A DNA stretch of 64,000 nt from Patescibacteria group bacterium (GTDB lineage: Bacteria > Patescibacteriota > UBA1384 > JBAYJO01), in NCBI GenBank assembly GCA_041665085.1, contig JBAYJO010000002.1, positions 19,413 to 83,412 on the forward strand, in the 5' to 3' direction. Positions 50,018 to 59,849 of this stretch are shown here, one piece after another. Each line of letters starts with the position of its first letter. Positions within the stretch are counted from its first letter, which is position 1. The notes beneath the pieces are model-generated. The model was not told where the DNA came from and did not search any database. It was given only the letters and a program-made list of their open reading frames with translations. Made by a program: the position numbers and the translations under genes.

Positions 50018-51400
50018 TTACTTTTTTACCATTAGATACAAAATTCGCTTTGAACCTTTAATTTTTTTTCTATCTATAATTTTGAAATATTGACTAAAGC
50101 TTTCTTCAAAATTTTCTTGAGTATAATCAGTAAAAATGTCTTTACGAGTTGCTAATAGTTTTTGAACTTTTGAATCGTCTTTGGGAATGAACTCTACTAC
50201 TAACGATTTACAAATTTGGTTATAAAAAGAGGCAATCTTTTCAAATGGTAGATTATTAGAAATCGCTAAATGATGAATTAAAGCAAGAGAAAAAGCCATA
50301 TCTGCCGGACCACGCTCAATAAAAGACATTCGCTCTTTATTTTGCCATCCAATTGATTTACTAGGATTTGTTAAATCTAAAATCAATGGCAGTAGAAAAG
50401 TTTCCTTTTTTTTCAATGATTCAATATAATTTTTTTCGACTGCTGCAGGATCAACATCAAAAGAAATTGTTAAGATTTTATGATCACTAGCAATCCGACT
50501 AAAAATTCCATTATTTGACCCTGAATCCCAGACAACTTTTGGCTTAATTTTATCTAAGAAATCACTAATAATCATTTTCTTTTGTTTAAAGGCCGCTGAA
50601 GAATAATTTGTAATCTGATAATATTCAGCCCACTCGCTGCCAGCTGGTTTCCACTTTAATTTTTTAATAACAGATTCTAAGTTATCAATTAAGCCAAAGG
50701 TGGATGTTCGCGAAACTTTATATTTATTTGTTTTTACGGTTTTATCGGCAAAATAATTTTGACTCATAGCATGTAAATGAATATGACTTAAAATAGAAAA
50801 AGAAAATTTACTGCGAAAGGGTAAGAGGGAACTTGCTAAATCTAAAGGAATACCATCAATAAAAATTTCTGCCAATTTATTTAATCTAATATCAACTTTA
50901 CTCATTAACAACAGAGGGGCAAGGAAATGCTGGCAAAATTGTTTATAGGCGACCCAAGGTGTTCCTTCTTCATACTTTTCGAAAGATAAGGTATCGATAA
51001 AAATCGGTTGTCCACGAAGGAATTGAATATTATACGCAGTAGCATCTTTTAAAGTCATTTTATATTCAAGCGCTTTTTTTTCAATTTTTAGAGTTAATAA
51101 AGCAGCATTTTTTAATTGGCTAAAACACCATTCATAGGGGTAAGAAATAAAAGGTACTACTTCTGGTTTGATAACTTTATAAGCATTTTCAGGAGAAAGA
51201 CCAGCAAAATTGGTTTCTTTGTGTGATATCAAATAACTATTTTTTACTAAATCATTATAAAGTCCGGAAGATAACAAAAAATCGTAATCTTCTTTGTAAA
51301 TCAGATTTATTTGACGTAAGAGTTCATTATTTTTTTTAAAAATATAGCCACTTGGATCTCTAAAAGAACTTTCAATTTTATATGTTTTAGGTTTGTCCAT
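50018..51400 (-). CDS. NoeA-like protein: kinase-like N-terminal region plus class I SAM methyltransferase-like domain (start reassigned to 51400)
   Basis: SFRDPSG, ISYPYEW, LKDA.AYN, FIDTLSF, WDSGSNNG, LALIHH, VEF.PKDD. Confidence 0.75.
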   Translation of the reverse strand: MDKPKTYKIESSFRDPSGYIFKKNNELLRQINLIYKEDYDFLLSSGLYNDLVKNSYLISHKETNFAGLSPENAYKVIKPEVVPFISYPYEWCFSQLKNAALLTLKIEKKALEYKMTLKDATAYNIQFLRGQPIFIDTLSFEKYEEGTPWVAYKQFCQHFLAPLLLMSKVDIRLNKLAEIFIDGIPLDLASSLLPFRSKFSFSILSHIHLHAMSQNYFADKTVKTNKYKVSRTSTFGLIDNLESVIKKLKWKPAGSEWAEYYQITNYSSAAFKQKKMIISDFLDKIKPKVVWDSGSNNGIFSRIASDHKILTISFDVDPAAVEKNYIESLKKKETFLLPLILDLTNPSKSIGWQNKERMSFIERGPADMAFSLALIHHLAISNNLPFEKIASFYNQICKSLVVEFIPKDDSKVQKLLATRKDIFTDYTQENFEESFSQYFKIIDRKKIKGSKRILYLMVKK

Positions 51401-51402
51401 AA

Positions 51403-51606
51403 TTATTGTTTGCCTAATATGTTTGTAATAAATTTTTTGATTCTTCCCCAAAATAATTTAATAACATATAAACCGCCCAATGCAAACGCAACAACGGCTT
51501 GAATAATTAAACTTCCTGTACCAGCATCAAGATATGCATAAGCAGGACGAATAAAAAGGAAAAAAGCTAATAAAAAGACGACAAAATTAAACATGAGCTT
51601 CCCCAT
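51403..51606 (-). CDS. Small membrane protein with YLDxGTGS motif
   Basis: GGAGG SD; signal-peptide-like start ending PAYA, then YLDAGTGSLIIQ and a TM helix. Confidence 0.75.
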   Translation of the reverse strand: MGKLMFNFVVFLLAFFLFIRPAYAYLDAGTGSLIIQAVVAFALGGLYVIKLFWGRIKKFITNILGKQ

Positions 51607-51679
51607 TTAACCTCCTAGTAATTTATTTTCTGATTTAATGTTAGTACTTAATATTAATTGAGTCAAATGATAATATAAT

Positions 51680-52966
51680 TTATATCTTATTTATAAATAG
51701 TTTCTTTTGTACTAATATTGTAATAATAGAATTAATTATCAAAATGAATAATATTAATGAAATTGAAATAACATGCAAATGTCCGATAATTACATAGATT
51801 GAAATTGTAAAAAAATTAATTACTGCGGTTATTAATAAATATTTTTTGTACTGGTTTTTCGAAACATCCAAAATAACAGTATTGTAAAGCGACAAAAAAA
51901 AGAATAAAGAACAATAAATCGAAAAACCAATTATATACAAGATGTTAATCGGATATTCTCGACCAAAAATTTTTAAAAGAATTAATGTTGCTATGCTAGA
52001 AAATAATATTAAAGGGACAAAGCCAAATACCATCAATCTATCTATTTTTTTTGTAAATCCTTTGTTTTTTAATCGAGCGCTAATAGGGAAAAAAACATTT
52101 GTTATCAAAGCAATAATTAAAGAGAAAAAATTAAAAGAAGCAAAATAATATGCACTGTAAATTCCTAGAGTTTTAATACCAAGATATTTTCCAATAATTA
52201 ATTTATCGGCAGACAAATACATAATCATAAGAAGTGAACTAATAAAAAAAAACTTACCTTCGTGTAATTGGCTAATAAGTATTTTGTTATTTCCCTTACC
52301 AAAGTATTTAAATAGATAAGAAAAATTATAAAACGAAGCTGCAAATGCACCTAAGCAAAAAATAAAGATTAGATTGATATAACTTGGTTTTTTTAAAAAC
52401 ACAAATAATAACAAAAAAGATAAAAGTACAACTATTGTTTCAACAATTTTTGCTAATGATTGTCTTCGAAAATTTTCCAACCCTCGATTAATTAAATCAA
52501 ATAAACTTTTAATAGAAATGGAAAAAGTATAAATGCCAAGTATAATCATAAACAAAGAATAATTATTTGGTAAATTTATCTGATACAAATAGATCAATGA
52601 AATGAAAAACATTACGACTAACAATATAATTATATTAAATATTGAGATTGTTGAAATAATCATTTTTTTACTTTTAAACGATGTTGCTTTACTAATATAT
52701 TTAACAATGGTGGTATCTAAACCGAAAAAAATAAAGATAATTAGAAACTGATTTATTATTAAAAGTAAATTATATTTTCCATATTCAGTCGGGCCCATTA
52801 AGCGTCCTGCTAAAGTATTTACAAGAAGAATTATTGGCATAATAATAATTCCCGAAACAACTGACCAAGAAAGACCATGAAGAAAATTTTTCATTTCTTT
52901 GCTCATCTCATGACCAAATATCTTTTGATGTATTTTTTCAATAACAAAAAAAAGTTTCTTTTTCAT
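51680..52966 (-). CDS. Wzx-family flippase
   Basis: GRLMGPTEYGKY, DKLIIGKYLG..LGIY; multiple TMs. Confidence 0.85.
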   Translation of the reverse strand: MKKKLFFVIEKIHQKIFGHEMSKEMKNFLHGLSWSVVSGIIIMPIILLVNTLAGRLMGPTEYGKYNLLLIINQFLIIFIFFGLDTTIVKYISKATSFKSKKMIISTISIFNIIILLVVMFFISLIYLYQINLPNNYSLFMIILGIYTFSISIKSLFDLINRGLENFRRQSLAKIVETIVVLLSFLLLFVFLKKPSYINLIFIFCLGAFAASFYNFSYLFKYFGKGNNKILISQLHEGKFFFISSLLMIMYLSADKLIIGKYLGIKTLGIYSAYYFASFNFFSLIIALITNVFFPISARLKNKGFTKKIDRLMVFGFVPLILFSSIATLILLKIFGREYPINILYIIGFSIYCSLFFFLSLYNTVILDVSKNQYKKYLLITAVINFFTISIYVIIGHLHVISISLILFILIINSIITILVQKKLFINKI

Positions 52967-52972
52967 ATTTTA

Positions 52973-54793
52973 TCATTCTTCCATTGTGCTAATATCCCCG
53001 ACAAATTGTCCTGTCTCTCTGGCTTTAAGAACACGGCGCATAATTTTGCCGCTTCTAGTTTTTGGTAGTGACTCAACAATTTCAATTTCATCTGGCACGG
53101 CAATACTATTAATCTGTTTTTTTACATGTGCCTTTAAATCTATAATAAAATTTTTATTATTTTTAGGTTTTGATTTTAAAACAATAAATGCCTTGATTCT
53201 CTCTCCTTTTATTTCATCGGGTTTTGATATGACGGCGGCTTCAGTAACATCCAAGTAACCAACAAGTGCATTTTCCACTTCAGCTGTGCCAATCCTATGG
53301 CCAGAAACATTTATTAAATCATCGCTACGACCAATAATTTTGAAATAACCATCTTTGTCTTTAATAGCATAATCCCCAGTTGTAAAAACACCTTTAATTT
53401 CATTCCAATATTTTTCGAATCGTTTTTTGTCATTCCAACAGTTTCGCATTGCGCCCGGCCAAGGTTTTTTAATTACCAAGAAACCTTTTTTCCCAACTGG
53501 AACTTCTTTACCTAATTTATTCACAATTTTTGCATCAATCGCTAAAAATGGATGGCCTGCCAATCCAGGTTTTTGTTCTAAATATGGCAAAGTTGCAAGC
53601 ATATGACCACCGGTTTCGGTTTGCCACCAAGTATCTACCAATACGCATTTTTTTTTACCAATATTTTTGTAATACCAATACCAATTTTCAGAACCAATTG
53701 GCTCACCAACTGATCCGATAATTTTTAGTGAGCAAAGATCATTTTTTTGACAAACATCTTCACCATATTTTTTTAACATTCTAATAGCAGTGGGGGAAGT
53801 ATAAAAAATATTTACTCCATATTTGGCAATGATTTTATGCCAATGGTCAATTGATGGATAATCCGGCACTCCTTCGGTAATTAACGAGGTAATCCCATTA
53901 GACAAGGGGCCATAAACAACATAACTATGGCCGGTAATCCAGCCTAAATCTGCCGTGCACCACAAAATTGATTCATTATTTAAATCAAAAACCGTTTTTG
54001 TCGTGTAATGCGTAAATACATTATAGCCCCCAACAGTATGGACGATACCTTTAGGACTTCCTGTAGATCCAGATGTGTATAAGACAAATAAAGGATCCTC
54101 GGCATCCATCCACAGAGGATCACATTTTTTGCTTTGATTTGAAACAAGTTCGTTATAATCAAGACTGTCTTTGTCAGAACTATGATTATCCCGATTTAAA
54201 ATGATAATATGTTTCAAGTCAGGCAGGTCGCGAACTGCTTCAAGAGCGATACTTTTTAAATCTTTTTTAATGCCTCTTCGTTTTGTAAAACTGCTTGCCA
54301 CAATTACTTTTGCTTTAAGATCAACTGCTCTATCTCTAACTGACTGGCTGCTAAATCCAGCAAAAACTACCGAATGAATCACGCCAATTCTAGCACAACC
54401 CAACATACAAACTACTTGTTCAATTGAAGAATGCATATAAATAAGAACTCGATCGCCATTTTTTATGTTTAAAGACTTCAAAGCATTAGAAAATTTATTA
54501 ACTTTTGTTAAAAGTTCGTTATAAGTAATTTTTTCTTCCTCATAATTCTCATTAGTATAAATTAGAGCAATTTTATTACCCTTACCTGATAAAATATGCC
54601 TGTCAAGACAATTATATGTGATATTTAATTTCGCACCTATAAACCATTGAAAATATGGATATTTCCATTCAAAAATTTTATTCCATTTTTTAAACCAGAT
54701 AATTTCTTTTTCGGCTATTTCAGTCCAAAACTTTTCTGGGTTTTTAATAGAATCAGAATATACAGATTTAAATTGAGATAAAGAAATTTGCAT
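52973..54793 (-). CDS. acs: Acetate--CoA ligase (AMP-forming)
   Basis: YTSGSTGSPKG, GWITGHSY, DTWWQTETGG, PKTRSGKIMRR. Confidence 0.92.
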   Translation of the reverse strand: MQISLSQFKSVYSDSIKNPEKFWTEIAEKEIIWFKKWNKIFEWKYPYFQWFIGAKLNITYNCLDRHILSGKGNKIALIYTNENYEEEKITYNELLTKVNKFSNALKSLNIKNGDRVLIYMHSSIEQVVCMLGCARIGVIHSVVFAGFSSQSVRDRAVDLKAKVIVASSFTKRRGIKKDLKSIALEAVRDLPDLKHIIILNRDNHSSDKDSLDYNELVSNQSKKCDPLWMDAEDPLFVLYTSGSTGSPKGIVHTVGGYNVFTHYTTKTVFDLNNESILWCTADLGWITGHSYVVYGPLSNGITSLITEGVPDYPSIDHWHKIIAKYGVNIFYTSPTAIRMLKKYGEDVCQKNDLCSLKIIGSVGEPIGSENWYWYYKNIGKKKCVLVDTWWQTETGGHMLATLPYLEQKPGLAGHPFLAIDAKIVNKLGKEVPVGKKGFLVIKKPWPGAMRNCWNDKKRFEKYWNEIKGVFTTGDYAIKDKDGYFKIIGRSDDLINVSGHRIGTAEVENALVGYLDVTEAAVISKPDEIKGERIKAFIVLKSKPKNNKNFIIDLKAHVKKQINSIAVPDEIEIVESLPKTRSGKIMRRVLKARETGQFVGDISTMEE

Positions 54794-54855
54794 TTTACTA
54801 TTTTCATTATTGTTATTTAAATAACAGAGATGATTATAAAATTTAAATCGAATTA

Positions 54856-56016
54856 TTAATTTTTTTGAATAATTTTATTAAAAATATCAATAACATAATT
54901 AACTTCTTCATCAGACATTTTTGGATAAAGAGGAATACTTAATGCTTGTTCGTAGTAAGCTTCGGAAACAGGATACTCACCATATTTATATCCATATTTT
55001 TGTTGATAATATGGTTGCGTGTGAACCGGTATATAGAGTACTTGCGTACCAATATTTTTAGCTCTGAGCTCTTCCATAACCTGTGTTCTGGTTTTGCCGA
55101 TCTTTTTGAAATCAAGCTGCATCACATATAGGTGAAAAGTTGAGTCTAACCCTTTTTTTTCATATGGAATGGTAACATTATCAAGATCTGAAAAAGCTTT
55201 ATTGTATTTTATTACAATCTCTCTTCTCCGATTTCTAAATATTTCGATTTTTTTTAACTGACTAATGCCTAAAGCTGCTTGTATGTCGCACATGCGATAA
55301 TTATAACCAAGATCTTGCATTTCATAATACCACGGTCCAGTATTTTGACTTAAAAGTTTTGGGTCTTTGGTAATTCCATGTGATCGTAATAACAATAGTT
55401 TTTTGTATAGTATTTCATCGTTTGTAGTAATAGCACCACCTTCTCCAGTCGTAATTGTTTTTACAGGATGAAAAGAAAAAGTAGTTAAGTCGGAATATTT
55501 ACAACTCCCTACCTTACTACCATCCTTATAAACCGAGCCAATGGCATGGGCCGCGTCTTCAACAACAAATAAATTATTTTTTTTAGCAATTTTATTAATT
55601 TTTTCCATTTCAGCTGGCTGTCCTGCAAAATCAACCGCAATGATTACTTTCGTTTTCTCTGTGATATTTTTTTTGATTTCATCTGGATTAATATTATATG
55701 TTTTACTATCGATATCAGCAAAAACTGGCTTCAATCCGTTGTAAACCAAGCCATTAGATGAAGCCACAAAAGTGATTGGAGTGGAAATCCCTTCGCTTCC
55801 TTTTGAAAGACCAAGAGAAGCAACTGCTAAATGCAAAGCTGCTGTACCATTAGAAACTGCAATACAATATTTGGCACCAGTGTAATCACAAATTGCTTTT
55901 TCAAATTCCTCAACTTTAGGACCTTGAGTCAGGAAATCGCTCTTTAAAACGTCTTCAACAGCTTTGATGTCATCATGGTCAATCCACTGTTTTCCATAAG
56001 AAATAAATTCGTTCAT
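54856..56016 (-). CDS. pseC: UDP-4-amino-4,6-dideoxy-N-acetyl-L-altrosamine transaminase
   Basis: YGKQWID, FLTQGP, SFHPVKTITTGEGG, RSHGI, WYYEMQ.LGYNYR; follows pseB. Confidence 0.9.
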   Translation of the reverse strand: MNEFISYGKQWIDHDDIKAVEDVLKSDFLTQGPKVEEFEKAICDYTGAKYCIAVSNGTAALHLAVASLGLSKGSEGISTPITFVASSNGLVYNGLKPVFADIDSKTYNINPDEIKKNITEKTKVIIAVDFAGQPAEMEKINKIAKKNNLFVVEDAAHAIGSVYKDGSKVGSCKYSDLTTFSFHPVKTITTGEGGAITTNDEILYKKLLLLRSHGITKDPKLLSQNTGPWYYEMQDLGYNYRMCDIQAALGISQLKKIEIFRNRRREIVIKYNKAFSDLDNVTIPYEKKGLDSTFHLYVMQLDFKKIGKTRTQVMEELRAKNIGTQVLYIPVHTQPYYQQKYGYKYGEYPVSEAYYEQALSIPLYPKMSDEEVNYVIDIFNKIIQKN

Positions 56017-57015
56017 TTAAAATACAATTTCAATTTCTTTTAATACTTGCTTCAGATCTTCAGTTAGTAGCCAATCTTTATTTTTATCTGAACAATAATT
56101 AAAACCTGATCGTATTTTTTTACCCCCAGCTTTATAGAATTGAGAAGGATCCCACCAAGTAAGATTTGGATAAATAATATAATGATCATTGTAGTCAAAT
56201 GTGTTTCGAGCGTCTTCTGATGTAATCATCACCTCGTGGAGTTTTTCACCTTCGCGAATACCAATTTCTTGATGTTCTGTGTTTGGCATCATTGCTTGTG
56301 CTAAATCAATAATTTTAAAAGAAGGAATCTTGGAAACATATACAGCACCAGCAGTATCTTCATCTAAAGCCTTAAACACTAAATCAACACCTTGATCCAA
56401 GGTAATCCAAAAACGCGTCATTTTAAAGCTTGTAACCGGTAATTTATTGACGCCTTTTTCAATTAAACTCTGAAAAAAAGGAATTACAGAGCCACGACTT
56501 CCAGCAACGTTACCATATCTAACCACACTAAAAGAAGTATCCTTACCCCCCACGTAAGCGTTTGCAGCAATAAATAATTTATCTGACACTAATTTTGTAG
56601 CACCATATAAATTTATTGGACCAACTGCCTTATCGGTTGATAAAGCAACTACTTTTTTAACACTACAATCTATGGCTGCATCTATTACATTTTGAGCTCC
56701 ATGAATATTTGTCTTTATCGCCTCTAGCGGATTATATTCTGCAGCAGGGACATGCTTTAAAGCGGCCGCGTGAATAACATAGTCTACTCCATCAAAAGCC
56801 CTGTGTAATCTCTCGCTATCCCTGACATCACCAATAAAAAAACGCAATTTTTCCAAATGATCTTGGAACTGTTTCTGCATCATGTATTGCTTATATTCAT
56901 CTCGAGAATAAATAATAATTTTTTTTGGATTAAATTCACTCAAAATTCTTTGTGTAAATTTTTTACCAAAAGAACCAGTTCCACCTGTGATTAAAATAGT
57001 TTTATTATTGAGCAT
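56017..57015 (-). CDS. pseB: UDP-N-acetylglucosamine 4,6-dehydratase (inverting)
   Basis: ITGGTGSFG, SRDEYKQ, HAAALKHVP, STDKA, YGATK, RYGNVAGSRGSV, MTRFWI; start taken at MLNNK. Confidence 0.93.
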   Translation of the reverse strand: MLNNKTILITGGTGSFGKKFTQRILSEFNPKKIIIYSRDEYKQYMMQKQFQDHLEKLRFFIGDVRDSERLHRAFDGVDYVIHAAALKHVPAAEYNPLEAIKTNIHGAQNVIDAAIDCSVKKVVALSTDKAVGPINLYGATKLVSDKLFIAANAYVGGKDTSFSVVRYGNVAGSRGSVIPFFQSLIEKGVNKLPVTSFKMTRFWITLDQGVDLVFKALDEDTAGAVYVSKIPSFKIIDLAQAMMPNTEHQEIGIREGEKLHEVMITSEDARNTFDYNDHYIIYPNLTWWDPSQFYKAGGKKIRSGFNYCSDKNKDWLLTEDLKQVLKEIEIVF

Positions 57016-57085
57016 ATATGAAAAAATAATGCTTAGCAATTAAAAATTTACCATATTGATAATGTTATGACAAGTGCCTGTAGTT

Positions 57086-58228
57086 TTATCTATTATTTAT
57101 GAAATAACTAATCAGCTTCTGAGCAGAATTCTGCCAAGTGAATTTTTTTGATTGATTAAGACCATCAACTGACATTTTTTTTAATTTTTTATCATCGGAT
57201 AGTATATTTGAAATTTTTTGAGTTAATTCATTTTTATCTAATGGATTAAACATTATTCCTGCCTGTCCAATAACTTCTGGTAGCGACGACACATTACTAG
57301 TTAAAACCGGGCAACCACAGGCCATTGCTTCAAGCGGCGGCATACCAAACCCTTCATATAGAGAAGGGTAAGCAAAAACTGTAGCATTTGAATATAAATA
57401 CGGTAAATCGTTATCTGGCACATAACCAGTTCTGATTATTTGTTTCCTATCTGTCATTTCTTCAATTTTTTGCATTAATTTGCTGTTATTCCAACCGGAC
57501 CCGCCAGCCAACACAATCTTATATTTTCTTTTTAAATCATCGGGCAATATATTATATGAATCGAGCAGCAACTCTAAATTTTTTCTTGGCTCTAGTGTAC
57601 ACACAGATAAGATATATGGCGAATCGATTTTGTATTTTTCAACAATTTTACTATCACTTCTCGGCGAAAAAAAATCCATGTCAACTCCGGGGTAAATAAT
57701 ATCAATATCATTTTTTTTAAGTGAAAAACTATCCAATAAATCATTTCTAGTTGATTCGGAAATAGCAAAAATAATATCACTATTACCAATGGCTTGCTTG
57801 GTTCTTTTATAATAATAATCGCTTAATTTTTGACCGGCATGCTCGGGATATTTTGCAAAAACCATGTCATATAAAACAACTGCTTGCTTTGAAAAACCAT
57901 TTTTAGCTATCCCGCTAAAATAAGTTGAAAAATATAAATCAATTTTTTTAGGATATATCAAATTTAAAGGAATTGCGGTTTGAGTTAAATAATCCCGCCA
58001 AGCTGAAGGAATTCTTGAAATATATATTTCTGTTTTTTTATTTCTACTTTGTGAAATTAGATCTTCAAGGATTTTTTTTCTTTGCTCGTAATTTTTTACA
58101 AAATTTGCAAACAAAATATACTCATTTTCTTTATCTTGACGCAATAATTCACGAATCAAATAATAAGAATATCTTCCAATTCCTGCCTGTTCGTAAATCA
58201 ACCAATTTGCGTCAATTCCGATTTTCAT
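57086..58228 (-). CDS. GT4 glycosyltransferase
   Basis: [27 protein letters not shown]. Confidence 0.93.
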   Translation of the reverse strand: MKIGIDANWLIYEQAGIGRYSYYLIRELLRQDKENEYILFANFVKNYEQRKKILEDLISQSRNKKTEIYISRIPSAWRDYLTQTAIPLNLIYPKKIDLYFSTYFSGIAKNGFSKQAVVLYDMVFAKYPEHAGQKLSDYYYKRTKQAIGNSDIIFAISESTRNDLLDSFSLKKNDIDIIYPGVDMDFFSPRSDSKIVEKYKIDSPYILSVCTLEPRKNLELLLDSYNILPDDLKRKYKIVLAGGSGWNNSKLMQKIEEMTDRKQIIRTGYVPDNDLPYLYSNATVFAYPSLYEGFGMPPLEAMACGCPVLTSNVSSLPEVIGQAGIMFNPLDKNELTQKISNILSDDKKLKKMSVDGLNQSKKFTWQNSAQKLISYFINNR

Positions 58229-58231
58229 ATT

Positions 58232-59833
58232 TTATTTATTTTCAACAATTTGCACAACAATAGATCCATCCGAGAATTGTTTTAACACTTTTTGGCCTTT
58301 GGCTATATCACGCATCGATTGGTTATATTCATCGAAATATTTATATATCGGATAAACAATACCGTCAGTATTTCCTGGTGGCTTAGCGCTTATAAGCATA
58401 GTCTTACCAAGATAACTTTTTTTCAAAGATTGAATCATTGAATCATATTCTTTTTGGTTAGAACTATTATCATGTAAGTTTTTCTTGAGATCATCTATTG
58501 TTTTTAGATTATTATTATTTAGGCTAAAATCTGTAAATCTTTGCTTTGACTTCAGTTCCATATATGGATTGGCGTAAGGATTAATAAAAACTGGGTCTTT
58601 TGAATTTATATTTTTTACAATAAAATCAATTTTGTCTTGATCCATTTCGTTAAACCAAACCAGATTAGAAAATGAATTTGGCAAAGAATCTAAGAGCGTT
58701 GGATTGAACAATGAAGAATTAATAATAATGATATAAGCTATAAACCCATAGCTTAAAGTTGTGGAAATATTATTTAAATCAAAATTTTTATATATGTATT
58801 CAATCAAATAAGCAAAACATAAAAGCAAAGGGATACTTAACTCTCTGGCAAATCTTTCAGGGATAGCACTTGAGGACATACGCGACAAAATATATATTAG
58901 AAGTACCCAAATCAAAGGCAAAATCTTTTTAATATCTCTTTCTTCTTCACTAAAAAATGCTATTACCAAATACAGAAAACCGAGCAGCCCACCATACCAA
59001 ATAATTGGCCCCATTATTTTTGAATAATTATAATATTCAACCGCTTGATTGAGATACAAATCTTTCAAAGCTGGATTATTATCAAATAAACCATTGGTAA
59101 AGTTAAGAAACATTTTACCATATAATTTATAAGTAAAAAATATTATTGTTCCAATACAAATAAATACTATAAAACCACCTATGAAATGTTTAATTTTAAG
59201 CGTTTTTCTTTGATCAGAAAAGAAAAAAAGAACCAAAACGACGACTATAAATATTAGTAATATTGCAGTCAGCTCAATAAAACTTAAATGATGCGTCAAC
59301 CCTGTTAATAGATAAAAAAACACTGAATAAATTAGATTAATCCATTTTTTTGACTGCAAATATTTTATTATAAAAGAAATGCATAAAACACCAAAAAAAC
59401 CATAACCTAGCATATTGGGATAATTACCGTCAACAAAGCCATAAAGAGGGTAATTTGAAGTAAATAGAAATAATAATGACGCTATTGCAGCGGTGCGAAT
59501 ATTGAATAATTGCTTTAGTAAATAGAAAATTGCTAAAGATGGTAAAACTATTAAAATTGGTGTCCAGTAAGTTAATATATAGAAATAATCCAAATGAAAA
59601 ATATGAGATAAATAATAAACTATCAAATGAAATAATTTTGGATAACCTATGAAACTTTTCCAGCCCAATCGTGCAAAATCCTGAACCATTCGATAGTGAG
59701 GGATAGAATCGTAGCCAGGAGGAACCAGATAGTGATAATTAATATACCCAAAATAAACAATGTAGAGTTTTAAGGCTACCGCCCCAAGTAGAAATATGAC
59801 GGCGGACAAAATTAGGAAGGTCTTTTTTTTCAT
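58232..59833 (-). CDS. Polytopic membrane protein, putative GT-C fold
   Basis: PGYDSIPHY after the first TM, YPKLFH, THHLS; many TMs. Confidence 0.6.
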   Translation of the reverse strand: MKKKTFLILSAVIFLLGAVALKLYIVYFGYINYHYLVPPGYDSIPHYRMVQDFARLGWKSFIGYPKLFHLIVYYLSHIFHLDYFYILTYWTPILIVLPSLAIFYLLKQLFNIRTAAIASLLFLFTSNYPLYGFVDGNYPNMLGYGFFGVLCISFIIKYLQSKKWINLIYSVFFYLLTGLTHHLSFIELTAILLIFIVVVLVLFFFSDQRKTLKIKHFIGGFIVFICIGTIIFFTYKLYGKMFLNFTNGLFDNNPALKDLYLNQAVEYYNYSKIMGPIIWYGGLLGFLYLVIAFFSEEERDIKKILPLIWVLLIYILSRMSSSAIPERFARELSIPLLLCFAYLIEYIYKNFDLNNISTTLSYGFIAYIIIINSSLFNPTLLDSLPNSFSNLVWFNEMDQDKIDFIVKNINSKDPVFINPYANPYMELKSKQRFTDFSLNNNNLKTIDDLKKNLHDNSSNQKEYDSMIQSLKKSYLGKTMLISAKPPGNTDGIVYPIYKYFDEYNQSMRDIAKGQKVLKQFSDGSIVVQIVENK

Positions 59834-59849
59834 ATAAAATATACCTAGA

